DNA of 63,991 bases, counting the filler, from Octopus bimaculoides (Eukaryota), in the NCBI RefSeq assembly GCF_001194135.2. It is 8 parts of 7 records of this genome, joined end to end, with 100 filler letters (N's around TTAATTAATTAA, not from the genome) between each part and the next. Parts side by side here need not be neighbours in the genome. Positions count along the whole stretch, not along the records: positions 39,434 to 44,366 come from NC_068988.1; positions 44,467 to 60,943 come from NC_068991.1; 6 more parts are not named here. One strand, written 5' to 3'. Below the pieces are notes generated by a model that was given only the letters and a program-made list of their open reading frames with translations, was not told the DNA's origin and ran no database searches. The position numbers and the translations under genes were made by a program. Positions 39,702 to 52,850 of the stretch are shown in pieces (the first letter of the stretch is position 1; every line of letters starts with the position of its first letter).

Positions 39702-41722
39702 CAATTTCGACCGGCTACGTTGGACGCTAATCTTTCAGTTCTACTTGTCTCTTTCCTCCCTCTGACTGAAGAATATACATTGAAGCACTATCATACAATC
39801 GCTCACACATACATTAATCCAGTGAGTATGTTGTAATGAACACACTCCATTATGTTTTAGTTTGATCGTTTTTGTCAAGATTTATCGTAATATTCGATTA
39901 GTTCCCTGCAGTGCGTGTTTTCTGTATGTGTGTGTGCTCTTTATGTGTGGTTTATGTGCATGTATAATTTTCATATCGGTGACTTCAGTGAATATGAATA
40001 TTCGTCGTTTGACAATTGAAACTGGGCCATAGTCTAAGGTCATCGTCTACTTGCCTTTTCACTATGCCAGTACCAGCTCCCTATTATGCACTATCAATGA
40101 CCCCTCAAATCTGAGGTATTGAAAATGGTCAATGTTCGTGCTACGTGCCATAAAACCGAGCAGAGGCCCTTGAAATTGCGTATTCAAACTCCTAGATGTA
40201 CATAAAATAAACTAAAAGTAACCTATATATCATGTGAACCGACATAGCTTGAAAGTGAATCTTTGTGCATTGTATAACAATTTGATCTATTCATAATTAT
40301 TTCATTGTTGTCGACTGTTTTTTTTGTTTTCAACCGACAAACCTTGCACACCCAGAAAATTTCACTTTTATATTGTTGCTAAACACTTGCTAACTTCTGT
40401 GCGTGTATAATTTGAATTTTAAATTCATTGAATCGATGAAAAGCAACATATTTTATAAGTTTATTTAAGTATATCACCGTTTTTACATATCTAATTCAGT
40501 CTGGTTTACTTGTGTATTTAAGCAACGAATTATTAAACGTTTTAATTTTACGCGCCAGATAATTTTAGGGTCATATAGTGGAAAAAGACCATACATTCAA
40601 TTATATTTCATATTTGGTTTTACTGCTTTAAGAAAAATAAAATAAAATAAAAGGAAAAGATTTTCAATAAAATGTTTTGTGACATAAAGTTCTATCAGTT
40701 TTACGAAAGGGCATTTTTCAACTAATCGCTTTTGGAGCAGAAGGCATTTGAAATGTATGCGAATCAACCAGTGAGAGTGGTTTATCAGCAAATTATAACT
40801 AGATTATGTTTCAACTTAACTGCTTACCTTGAGAAATGTAAGAAGTAAGAAACGTCGTGCAATCTACGAAACATTGGTCTTGTACTACTTGACTAATGCT
40901 TCATAGAAAACGAATACGTCACCGATGTTACATATCAGATGATATTTTTTCAAGCATATTAAATTTGTGGGGGAGGAGACAAGTCGATTACATTGGTAAT
41001 TATTTTATCGAATTCGAAAGGATGGAAGGCAAAGTCGACCTCGTGTGAATTTGGAAGAAATGCCACTAATTATTCCTGAGGAAGAAGTAGAAAAGAGAGA
41101 GGAGGAAGAGGAGGATGACATAGAGGGGGACGAGGAGAAGGACGAGGAGAAGGAGGGGGCGAGGAGGAAAAGAAGATGAGTTGGGTGAAGGGTAAGTGGA
41201 GGAGAAGAATAAAAAGAAGACAGATTACGCCAGTAGCAACAACTACAACAAGAACCAGAAACAACAAAAACAAAACTCAGCGACTGTAGTTACAACAATT
41301 AAACGTAACAGCAACAGCAACAGCAACAATCAAGTGGTAACAAGTTAACTACTAAAATATAACAACTACTGGTAAGATTGTATTCATTATAAGCTGACTA
41401 AAAGTGAACATAACAAGTAAAAACAGGAAACGTTATCCCGAACCTACCGGAAGTAACTATGACGAAGCTTTTGGATCAACAATAAAGAACGAAGGTTTTT
41501 GTTTTTGTTTGGTTTATCGCTCTTTCTCTCCTCCTCTTTTTCTCCTTCCGTTTATTCTCTTTTCTCTTCCTCTTCTCCCCAACTTATTCCTCCCTCCCCT
41601 TGCTATTCTTCTTTTCATCCCCTATCATCTCCCCGTCTTCACTTTCACCTACACATCATTAATTGCCCATCCATTTCTCGTTAGTCTCTCACTATGCCCT
41701 AATCACTGTGTCTCTACCTATA

Positions 41723-42030
41723 GCCGCAGGAGTGGCTGAGTGGTAAGAAGCTTGCTTTCCAACTACATGGTCCGGGTTCAGTCGCACTTGCGTGGTAACT
41801 TGGGCACGTATCTTCTACTATAGCCTGGAGCCGACCAAAGGCTTGTGAGTGGATTTGGTAGCCGGAAACTGAAAGAAGCCCGTCGTATATGTGTGTGTGT
41901 GTGTGTGTGTGTGTCTGTATTTGTCCGCCCCCACCATCACTTGACAACCTGGGGTCGATTTGTTCGACTAAAGGCGGTGCTCCAGCATGGCCGCAGTCAA
42001 ATATCTGAAACAAATAAAAGAATGAAAGAA
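41723..42030 (+). mobile_element. SINE family A copy with internal deletion
   Basis: Head and tail match the 16947 copy; the CGATGCTGG..AAGTCC segment is missing. Confidence 0.8.
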
Positions 42031-43133
42031 CCCTGTCATATATTCGTATGTGTTTATGTCTTGAGTGTGTGTGTGTGTGTGTGTCTATATTGCATGTTTA
42101 TAAACGAATGTACTTTTTGTATATCATCTGTACAAGTAGACACCTATAGACATGGCAATTTCACTGTACTCTTTCGATATGTGTGTGTGTGTGCGTGTGT
42201 GCATACATGCGCATGGCGAACATATCGCATACATGACTATGTCAGACGTTTCTTATTTCTTTTTCAGAGAAAATTGTGAACTTATCCTGGGATTGTGTGT
42301 GCGTGCACATGTGTGTAATACTGCGTGTGTGTGTACTTGTCTGTCTATCTGTCTGTAGCACTACGCCTAACACTATACCTTTCTACAGCAGAAGGAAAAT
42401 GTTTGAAAATAATCACTGATGAAATGGTTTGTTGTCATTCAAGCTTTCTTATTTTAATGCCAAATCAAGTTAATTAAACTTAGTGTAGCCTTTGAAAGCT
42501 CTTGAATTTTCAGAGAAACACACAAATTTCATATCACAAGCAACATTTCTTCTTATCAGAAGTATCAGGCAACTTTTGGAAGCTTTAAATCCAGGTGCTG
42601 ATATGTATTCACAGGAAACAGAGGTCCTGGCAGTTACGCGGTTCTAAAAAAGGCTATTTTCATCAGCATTTTACACCTGTTTTGATTTATAAGCACTTTC
42701 TGCAATCAAATTCAACAGATCCCTAGAATAATTAATAGCAGCTTCTCTATCTATCATCACTGGCAGTTCATCGGTTGAATTTATATACAAAGTAATGTAC
42801 CTCTTAACCCTAAGACTTGCACCTTTACCTGCTGCCTATCGTGATAGAAATTTTTAGTTTTTAATGAATTAACCCTCATGTTTGTAGACTTGCAGTAGAA
42901 CCGTGTCACTGATCAGGTCGCAGGTGGTGCGGCGAAAATGTTGACACCAAATAATAACTGTTTAAGTGAAATTAACAGTTTTTGTGCGTTTTTTGAATGG
43001 CTAATACGTATCTTTCAGCCTGTAATTGCTTTAGTTTCAATACCTGATCTCAGATCAAATCACAAGTACATCGCGAATATCTATCTATCTATCCATTATC
43101 ATTCTATCTGTTTATTTATATATCTAGCTATAC

Positions 43134-43173
<40 letters not shown>

Positions 43174-43394
43174 NNNNNNNNNNNNNNNNNNNNNNNNNNN
43201 NNNNNNNNNNNNNNNNNNNNNNNNNNNNNNNNNNNNNNNNNNNNNNNNNNNNNNNNNNNNNNNNNNNNNNNNNNNNNNNNNNNNNNNNNNNNNNNNNNNN
43301 NNNNNNNNNNNNNNNNNNNNNNNNNNNNNNNNNNNNNNNNNNNNNNNNNNNNNNNNNNNNNNNNNNNNNNNNNNNNNNNNNNNNNNNNNAGTAT

Positions 43395-43481
43395 ATATTC
43401 TAAAATTGAAACGATACAAAGAAGATTAGCATGACCCCTACGCAAGGATGACACGTAAATTCGTGAAGCGTTCCATATTTT
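43395..43481 (+). pseudogene. U6: U6 snRNA pseudogene (about nt 20-106)
   Basis: ATATTCTAAAATTGAAACGATACAAAGAAGATTAGCATGACCCCTACGCAAGGATGACACGTAAATTCGTGAAGCGTTCCATATTTT is U6 with 6 substitutions relative to the vertebrate-type U6 I recall. The ACAGAGA box is mutated to ACAAAGA. The 5' end abuts a gap. Confidence 0.92.
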
Positions 43482-43749
43482 CACCTTTTGTAAACTTATA
43501 AACATCTAATTATTAAAGTGGAAAAATTATCACAAAAGGCACTTCTATTTTTCAAATACACACACACACACATATATACTGAATTCAAATTACGATGAAC
43601 GTAAACAAACAAACGAAGTCTGCTTTTAGAAGCGTTGAGATGTCTTAGAAAGTTAAAGACAATGATTTTAAATTCTCAAACGCAGGATAATGCTAATAAT
43701 ATAGACTGAACAGGATAAGCGACCCCTATTTTTCAGAAAAGGTGTTGGC

Positions 43750-43825
43750 GGCCACCTATGAGACTCGAACTCACACCTCCGCGATTACGCGCCGCGGTGC
43801 TTTAGACCGATTAAGCTAAACTGCC
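43750..43825 (-). pseudogene. tRNA-like sequence (apparent anticodon CGT; D and T arms resemble tRNA-Ile(UAU)/Met-e), left arm of palindrome
   Basis: GGCAGTT-TA-GCTT AATCGGTCTA AAGC-A-CCGCGG CGCGTAA TCGCGG-AGGT-GTGAG TTCGAGT CTCAT-AGGTGGC-C. D, anticodon and T arms pair; the acceptor is imperfect; a T4 run follows downstream. Confidence 0.7.
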
Positions 43826-43934
43826 CTCACCCCATATTCTTCTGCAAATTTAAGATGTATGGAAATCTCGCTTTATAGCGTCTCATAAAGCGAGATATCT
43901 ATATATCTTAAATTCGCAGAAGAATGCGGGAGAG

Positions 43935-44010
43935 GGAAGTTTAGCTTAATCGGTCTAGAGCACCGCGATGCGTAATCACTGGGGTGTGAGTTCGAGTCTC
44001 ATAACTGACC
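43935..44010 (+). pseudogene. tRNA-like sequence, right arm of palindrome
   Basis: GGAAGTT-TA-GCTT AATCGGTCTA GAGC-A-CCGCGA TGCGTAA TCACTG-GGGT-GTGAG TTCGAGT CTCAT-AACTGAC-C, followed by a T run at about 44019-44023 (Pol III terminator-like). Confidence 0.7.
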
Positions 44011-44056
44011 GCCAACACTTTTTCTGCAAAATAGAGGGTAGCTTATCCTGTTCAGG

Positions 44057-44101
<45 letters not shown>

Positions 44102-44466
44102 TATATATAATATCAGTATATCACTTAACTTATTAAATAAGGTAATGTAGGGGAAACAATAATATATATACTTGGATATTAACGGATATAATACAGGAGT
44201 ACGTAGATTTACATATACAAACGTAAATAGACTAACACTAATTTAGAAATATGTACATTCAAATTCTTTTGTACATACATACCAATACACAAATACTTAT
44301 GCGCATACATACCCATACAATTATATATGTATACATACATAAATTTATATATATATATATATATATNNNNNNNNNNNNNNNNNNNNNNNNNNNNNNNNNN
44401 NNNNNNNNNNTTAATTAATTAANNNNNNNNNNNNNNNNNNNNNNNNNNNNNNNNNNNNNNNNNNNN

Positions 44467-44659
44467 ATAATAATAATAATAATATAATAATAATAGTAAC
44501 ATCGATAGGAATGAGAACCCATGTTCGAAATTTCCCCAAGACACCTGACGAAGGCTGGAGAGTATATCAGCCGAAACGTTGTGTTAACAACAAACAAGAT
44601 GAGGACGAATATCCGTCAAATGTAGATAATGTAAATAATTCCTCATCTCTTAAATATAG

Positions 44660-44662
<3 letters not shown>
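44467..44662 (+). mobile_element. Second copy of the hammerhead-containing SINE-like element (head lost in gap)
   Basis: (AAT)n plus a body nearly identical to the reverse complement of 21608-21755, ending AATTCCTCATCTCTTAAATATAGAACT before (AT)n. Confidence 0.75.
44540..44585 (+). ncRNA. Minimal type I hammerhead ribozyme-like motif
   Basis: GACAC-CTGACGA-A-GGCTG(GAGAGTATAT)CAGCC-GAA-ACGT-T-GTGTT. Confidence 0.65.
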
Positions 44663-44706
<44 letters not shown>

Positions 44707-47700
44707 CGTATGCATGCACATATACTGTAACAAATGGATTATAATTAGATAATTGATACAGGTAAGGATCAGTCTGTTAATTTTGAGCTACTTGCAGAAA
44801 AAGATTGGCTTTCTCGATTCAAAATTATCCATGATTCAGTTGCCTAGCTAAGAACTGCATATTCTTACAGGTTTGTGGAATATGATTATCTCTATATACC
44901 ATACTGTTGAATCGGCAGGGTCGATTTAACTGTTTAGGACAACATTATTCCTGATCGGTACTGTATGAGATGAAAGGTAATCTCAGTATAAATATTAAGC
45001 CTTATGGTTATATTGGACATTATCAAATATCACTAAATTTATTTAAGACTAAGATTTTGTCAGAGAGCAAGAGCAAATTTAGTACTAACAGTCAGTAGCA
45101 GTCTGAGCCAAAAGTTAGAAACTTCCTTCACTGTTTCGAGATTAAATGATGCTAGTCTGTCAATGCGTCTTCTTGCGTGTGTATTTACGTATGGCTCTTA
45201 CAGCTGTCGTTCTTGAAACCGTGTTGCCTATGTTCACAATTGTGCACAAGCAATATTTCTCTTAGTACATATTTAACGTTATTTGATGTCAGGTATTGGA
45301 AACTAACAACCTCATATAAGGAAGTGCCCAGTTAACTTGAAAAGAATCGAACTAGTCATCTTCGTTGTCTCCCACATTATCTTATCTATAAAACCATTAG
45401 TGCTGAAATATATATCCCCATTTTCTTTTTCATTTAACTAATCACATGATGTTTAGTACCGTAAGTGAAATACTATAGAAGAATAGCATGTATACACATA
45501 TATTCTATATGGCATAAGTTGCTTTAACAGCTAATATTCACTATAATTTGAACGGCGTATTAAATTACTGACTGTGAAAGAGGAAGAATATGGTTTATGC
45601 ATTAATTTTGACAAAACTGTATCAATGGTTACCTCTTGAACATGTGATCATATGATAATTGATAATCAAACTGTCAAAGTGGTTCATGAGTTTTGTTATC
45701 TTACAAGTTTTATTAGAAATCGATGCGATGAGAGCAAAGAGATAAAAAGAACTGCCGTAGCACATGTTATCTCTTTAAGACATATTGGGAAAAATCCATC
45801 AATAAGAAAAAAATAGCTGAAATTTTAAAAAGTTGGAAACACTTTGATATTTTCATTTGAAACATACCAATGACAATACAAGACTCTTAAAACGCTAATA
45901 GAAATAAGATAGAGCATTTCCGGGTAAGCTGTTTTAGAAAAAGTGGTTGCAATTAGCTGGAATGAAAAAAAAAAACGACATATGAGACCGTCTTTGACCA
46001 AACTGAATTTGACTAACGTCTTGTAAATACTCTGGACAAAGAGAAACAAATATTTTAGGCATCCTTTAAGAGCAGGAGATGGTCAGTTTTTAGTCATTAT
46101 ATAATTGGGTGGTAAGAGCATCGGAATCATGATGTACATAATAGGATTAAAAATAAAACCAACAATAAGTGTAGTAGAAGATAGAGATACATGACGTACT
46201 TCTGCAGAAGCGAAGACATTTCAAGAGTTAAAAATTATGAAAGGTTAGACATGTTATACGTTGCGTCCAGAAGTAGCTGTGCGTTTAAGACATTCGCTTC
46301 AAAACAGATGGTCCCGAAGTTGATGACACTATGTACCAAATTCCGTGTTTTCTGATATAGCCGTGAGTTATAATTTCACCTAATTGGAAATAAGTTTACA
46401 TAAACTGTGGACATGCCCGTCTTATATATACACACATGTATACATACATTGGTTCATACATATATTTATATATATTTGTATATATGAATGTATATATTGG
46501 TCGAAATTACTTTTTATGCTTTGGAGTCCATAAAATAAGTTGAGTTCTGGTGTCGATGAAATCGACTTACTTTCTCGCCCGGATTTGATAGCCTTCTGCC
46601 AAAATTTAAACCAATATGAAGCTATACACTTGTAATCTTCTACAAATGTGCTAAAATTCTTACTAATTTGCAGGAAGAGTAAAAGAATGTTTTTTCTTTC
46701 ACGGGGAAGATACGTTTGACCTGTCTAACAAAAGAGATATGTTTTGGTAAAAGCGGAAGAATACTTCGTGTATCATGGAAGAAATAAAACAAAGAGTGAA
46801 TGAAAGGTAAGTCAATGCTAGTCTGTTTCATTCAGAGCAGTTTATTTGGGGAGCGGATTTCAATCAAGTGCCTGTACAGTGATGGTATTTCTTATAATAT
46901 TCTAATTTTTGGCAAGACAATTTCAGAAAATCTTGAAAGCATTCAAGATTTCGCATTTTCACATAAGTTATACATAGTTCAATTTTGATATGCCTTCTCG
47001 AATTTTCTACTTACTGTCAAATGTAGAATTGTGAACTACTAGATGCGCGAAGGAAATCGATAATGTATTGCCTAGAAGCTTATGTAAATATAGTATTTAT
47101 CACATATGATGTGAATAGGTTGAATTCTGCTTTATGTATTATCGGATCTGCATTGCATGGTGATCGTGCATTGGTCTTTCTGCGAGTGCGTGCAGTTTCT
47201 GCAAATTTAGATGAAATGTACATTATAATAACATATTTGAGGTGCATAGCGGGAAAACTGTTCGATGAGGAAAATTTTATCTATCAAACTTAGAGAACTT
47301 CGAACAATATTTTATTCAAAATATAAAGAAAATAAGGTACAAACCTAAAAGTATTTCGGGAGAGTATGTAGCTCAATAGGTAGAAATGTGAGAGTATGGG
47401 TTATAATATATTCAAACTCGCTGATGCCTAAATTAGGAATAAACGCATTTGGTGAAGATTTACTGGTTGAATGAGATTTTAGAGGAACTCCATCCGAGAT
47501 AATCATTAAAATGTATGTTCATAATGTAGTGATATCTATCTAGTAGTGATATCTATATTTATGCAGAAATTATCAAAGGTACAAACAGAATATTTTCTAA
47601 ATAATTCTAGTATACGGCTTGTTGCATATTGCGAAAACGCAAGGTAACAGCTGTGGATATTCTATTTAGCGTGTTTCTATATAGAGTAGACAGATATAAT

Positions 47701-49492
47701 TTTGTAGAGCGGAAGAGACACAATGGAATGCATTCATACTGACATGGAAGAAACATGTCACATCTCACTTCGTGGGCCAGTGGGGTGGTTTGATGAAGTG
47801 CAGAAACCTTTGAATGCATAAACGGTATCATCGACATTATAATATACATATCTCAGAATTCGAACGAAATCAAGAATTGTAATAAACAGACATTAAGAAT
47901 TCGACAAATAAAATTAGTCTATGAATAATTGCGTGAACTTGCATCCGTGAGTATAGCTAATTCAATAAGGAAAACAAATTACAGCACTACAAATATTCTA
48001 TTGCTTGAACTTGATTGCCTTCCTAACTTTATTATTAATATTTCTTGAGATGTTACCGTTAACGAAACCTACTACTGTTACTTTTCCGATTAATTGATCA
48101 GTATTATAGATACTAGGCAAAAGTTTCTTTGATAGATTCGATGCATGTAACATTTAATAATTTATCTTTGATTTCTGTAAATGCTTTGACTTCATGCTTA
48201 GAAATTGATTTCATAAACATATATACTGGTAAAATATTTCACAGATGAATTAAACATTCTAGAATATTGACGCACTGCTCATTGATAAGGATAATGATGC
48301 ACTTTTCGAGAGTGAACGAAAGAAATAACATAGGTAGGTAATCAGCTGCATCTAGCTATTAACCTACATCATTATAAATGACCTTTCCTGGTTTGAGGAA
48401 ACAAGTCACATTTTTACCTCGATGAGAGAAAAGTATCATATTATATTATGGAAATATTAAGTACAAAATAGAACTGCAATTAGACGCTTACCTGCAATTA
48501 GACAGGTTCTTAAAACGAGAAACAGTCCTACTAAGTATTAACCTACATTACAAAATCTTTTATCTTTTATGTTAGTTGTAGATGAGGTTTGTATCACTAG
48601 AAAAATGAAATAAAAGTATCTATAAATGAGTCTATGCGTATTAAACGTTCTATTGAAGCTGCATCAGAATGAGTTATTTGCATAACTGAAATCAAAATGT
48701 GTCAAAATTCTCGCCATCATTCTAACGGCAGAAGTTATCCAGGCATGATAAATAATCTATTATTTTATTTCATGACTACCATAGACATGGTTGACTAGAA
48801 TCATGTGAGACATTAAACAAGAAGAGACAAAGACAAATACATCAAACGATTTATTCCCTTTATTCTTCATTTTTGTTTCATATTACCATGGTAGGTTCCT
48901 AATTTAGAATTATCCAAATGACATATTTTCTTTAATCAGTCAAGCATCTTAATCTATTCGTTTAATTCTCCTTTTTAGAGATATGATTATTGTTGTTGTT
49001 TCCAAATTGTTCTCTTTGGTTGAAAATATTATTATTAATTTTACATCTAATTCACCATTCAAGATATTTTATACTTCGTTCAGTATTCACTGCTATATAT
49101 CACCAGACATATAATTGGTGCAATTAATTGTGTCGACAGTGAGAGAAAGTCAGTGACTACTACTAAATCACTCTTATTAACATTTCATAATCAACGTCAC
49201 ATAATGATTTGCAGTAATTATATTCATATATCTTATGAATGAAAGTAATTTGAAAAACTTTGCGTCAGAATTTATACGAACTTTATTTAAAAATTCTTTC
49301 TATATAATACGATGCATAGATAAGAAGCTGATATATATCTCCAAGCCTTTACTGTATATAATTTCTGAAAAATTATGATTTAAGTGTTTCTTGAAAAAAG
49401 CAGAAGGGAAGAAAGCCTTTTATTTATTCATTTATTGTTACAGCTACCACAAAATTGTTCCATCTCATACATCATTCTTGAAATGTGTGTGC

Positions 49493-49569
<77 letters not shown>

Positions 49570-50894
49570 TGGTAACTTAAAGTCAATATGTATGAGCGAT
49601 TCTTCAAGCAACAAAATCTATACACACTGTAATATATTTCATCAGAATAGGTACTCGAAATATGCCTCATAATTGTATACATTTGGGTAAAATAGCTTGC
49701 GGGCAAAATAGCTAACGGCATTTCGACTGTCTTCATGTTATAAGTACAAATTTCCCCGAGGTTATCGTTGCCTTTCAAATTTTGGGGATCAATAAGATAA
49801 ATGCCAGTTGTTTACTGGGGTCCATGTTAGCGACTTACGCTTCCTCTAAGAATTGCTGACTCTCCGTCGTAATCTAAAGGCAGTATTAAACCTTTGGGCA
49901 AATAGGTGTGAGTCTCGGTTAATCATTAATATCTTTTGGCGATCGGGGTAAGGTAATTAGTTCTGAAGGTGGCTTTAACGAAAGGGAGTGTTAACGAAAG
50001 GTAGTTCTAACGAAAGGCAGGCTCTTCCTTGCACTTTGTCGTCGACAAGTCAGTTATAACTACATCTCTTTTGAAATGCGGTTAAGACACAGTTCTCAAA
50101 CATATGGGTGGAGATTTTAATCTGATATACGATGTGTTTGTGTTCGAATTTATATGTATGCGAGTCTGTCTGATTGTGGATGCATGTGTAAGTGTTCTTC
50201 TGTTGTTAAGTATGCGTGAATGGCAAATATTGCATATGAATAGATATGTATACACGTACGTACACAAGCATTCACATATGTGAGTTGGTGCTTGGATTTC
50301 TGCAATGCGCGTGAAGTTTTCATACATATGTACATGGGAATGAAATAATACACATGTCAAAGCAGTTCACAATGGTGTTGGAGCGGATGTTATGAATTAT
50401 AATCAAGCAAATTACATTTATCATACGGCTGGTTGTTATGAGATCCTTATCATTAGTATGATCAAATCATATCTCTATAGTAAATACAGAGAATCGACAT
50501 AATACACAGTGATCTATTATGTCAGTGTAGATGAGCGATGTCTGATTAAGACCAGACACAATTTACTCAGACGCAACGATACTGCGTGATTATCTTAGTC
50601 AAATTACAAGATAAAATTGCTTTAACACAATTCTGTCATATCGGATTATTTTCAGATGTTTGCTTGTATCAAGTCTTCCAAGAACTGTTCTGACGGCTAT
50701 TTTTACAGCTCAATTCGGTCATTTGAGTTATTGATGTATTAATATACTTATAAATGATCTTGCATACATATAAGCACTCATTCAGAAATACAGTAACACA
50801 TTCACATATTCAAATATACGCTCATATTACACTTGTACACAAAATTAAGACCCATCTAAACACAAATGTGTACGTGTGTAAATATATATACATA

Positions 50895-50928
<34 letters not shown>

Positions 50929-51728
50929 NNNNNNNNNNNNNNNNNNNNNNNNNNNNNNNNNNNNNNNNNNNNNNNNNNNNNNNNNNNNNNNNNNNNNNNN
51001 NNNNNNNNNNNNNNNNNNNNNNNNNNNNNNNNNNNNNNNNNNNNNNNNNNNNNNNNNNNNNNNNNNNNNNNNNNNNNNNNNNNNNNNNNNNNNNNNNNNN
51101 NNNNNNNNNNNNNNNNNNNNNNNNNNNNNNNNNNNNNNNNNNNNNNNNNNNNNNNNNNNNNNNNNNNNNNNNNNNNNNNNNNNNNNNNNNNNNNNNNNNN
51201 NNNNNNNNNNNNNNNNNNNNNNNNNNNNNNNNNACGTAAACAAGTTGCCACATCGAAGTAGCAGTTCAACGATTGGGATCCTTTATATACAATACATTTC
51301 TAGCATGGGGAGCGAACCCGTAATAACGCTGCATTAGCTAACAGGAACGTGGGACTGGCCCAGTTTCGAGTTTGTCGTCTGTTCGTCAGCCACGCACACA
51401 TGCGCACTGGAGCGATAGCTAAGATCCGTTCGTGCCGTTAACATATCGTAAACAAAGTGACCACCTGTCACTGATTTGCAAGAAGCACAGTATAGCTAGT
51501 TATAAAATCTCAAAACCAGATAGAGTAGTAACGCGTACGAAAATGTAAAGTTGCCACATCGAAGTAGCGGGTGAATGCTACTACTCTATCTCGATCAAAT
51601 CCCCTGCGAGTCAACATGAAATCCCTTGACGACAATGTAACCTTCATTTGACTAAGGTATCTTCTGCATAATTATTTCTCGTTTGGGCTATTACTACTTA
51701 GAGGTTCTGCTAGCTATGAAACATACGC

Positions 51729-52668
51729 AATTCAATAATAGGACGAATTCTTTTACAAGAATTTATCAAGTAGCTAGCGTAAAAAAAACCTCATAAGGGA
51801 AAAATTCATCATTTATTCCCGAAATATATATTTATATTTATATAAGGGCATTACTATATAATAACGCCTCACGCCATGAGGGACTCTAAGGTCAGACTAC
51901 TATAAAAAAAACACATTTTTACCGAATGCGAGGAAATGCAACTCTCAAAGCCAACCCCTTAAAAAAAAACGAACTAAATTATAGATCATGATTTCGTAGT
52001 TATTGTAGTATTATACAACTTCTACTCGTCAGTATAATATGGTCCAGAAAAATAGAAATAAACAGTGAATCAACATACCAGACAAACACCATGTATCCAG
52101 CATAGCATATAGACGACTGTTCATCGCTATTTCCCTATGTAAGTGGCGGGAATTTCAGTAGTCTGAGCTTAGAGTCCCTCATGGCGTGAGGCGTTATTAT
52201 ATAGTAATGCCCTTATATAAATATAAATATATATTTCGGGAATAAATGATGAATTTTTCCCTTATGAGGATTTTTTCACGCTAGCTACTTGATAAATTCT
52301 TGTAAAAGAATTCGTCCTATTATTGAATTTAAATATATTACCAGAATATATTCAGTGCTGAATTTATTCTGAGTAAGAGGCATATTTACCGAGATGCAAT
52401 TCGAAATTCCCGCCACTTACATAGGGAAATACCGATGAACAGTTGTCTATATGCTATGCTGGATACATGGTGTTCGTTTGGTATGTTGATTCACTGTTTA
52501 TTTCTATTTTTCTGGACCATATTATACTGACGAGTAGAAGTTGTATAATACTACAATAACTACGAAATCATGATCTATAATTTAGTTCGTTTTTTTTAAG
52601 GGGTTGGCTTTGAGAGTTGCATTTCCTCGCATTCGGTAAAAATGTGCTTTTTATAGTAGTCTGACCTT
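51729..52668. repeat. Interleaved inverted repeats A-B-A'-x-B'
   Basis: A 51729-51901 = reverse complement of 52157-52329. B 51888-52156 = reverse complement of 52403-52668. Only a few substitutions or indels in each pair. Confidence 0.92.
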
Positions 52669-52683
52669 TGTTTAAAATAGTAG

Positions 52684-52850
52684 AATCTTAATTTCCCACG
52701 TAACCACAAGTACCATTCTATCTTTAACAGACCCACTTTGAGATTATCCTATTCATCTACACCAAATATAGAATCTATTATCACCTCGTCTAACAAGCGT
52801 AAACTTAGCTCTTACTATCTAACTGTATACAAAGCTACCATAGACGTACA
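52684..52850 (+). mobile_element. Penelope-like element fragment (RT thumb/linker fused to start of GIY-YIG)
   Basis: NFPRNHKYHSIFNRPTLRLSYSSTPNIESIITSSNKRKL (cf. HFPK.HKLHKIFNRNTVK.SYSC.PN...II..HNKK.L), followed by VYKATI. The Cys-rich linker is missing. Confidence 0.75.

Larger units (their letters stand above)
43700..44061. repeat. Palindromic (fold-back) element, ~177-bp arms, 8-nt centre
   Basis: 43700-43876 is the reverse complement of 43885-44061 with scattered substitutions. Both ends lie in TA-rich context. Confidence 0.9.

Noticed and set aside
14995-39760. Additional CTGAnGA...GAAA-like strings (about 15000+, 17806+, 38500-, 39700-)
   Set aside because: Core bases are missing or stems cannot be drawn. 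They may be decayed PLE ends but are not supportable as ribozymes.
49975-50020. TAACGAAAGG x3
   Set aside because: A short slippage-type tandem repeat with no supporting context.
50656-50742. Acceptor ttattttcAG-ATG similar to the real exon's acceptor
   Set aside because: All three frames close within 30 codons and show no TRPM similarity.
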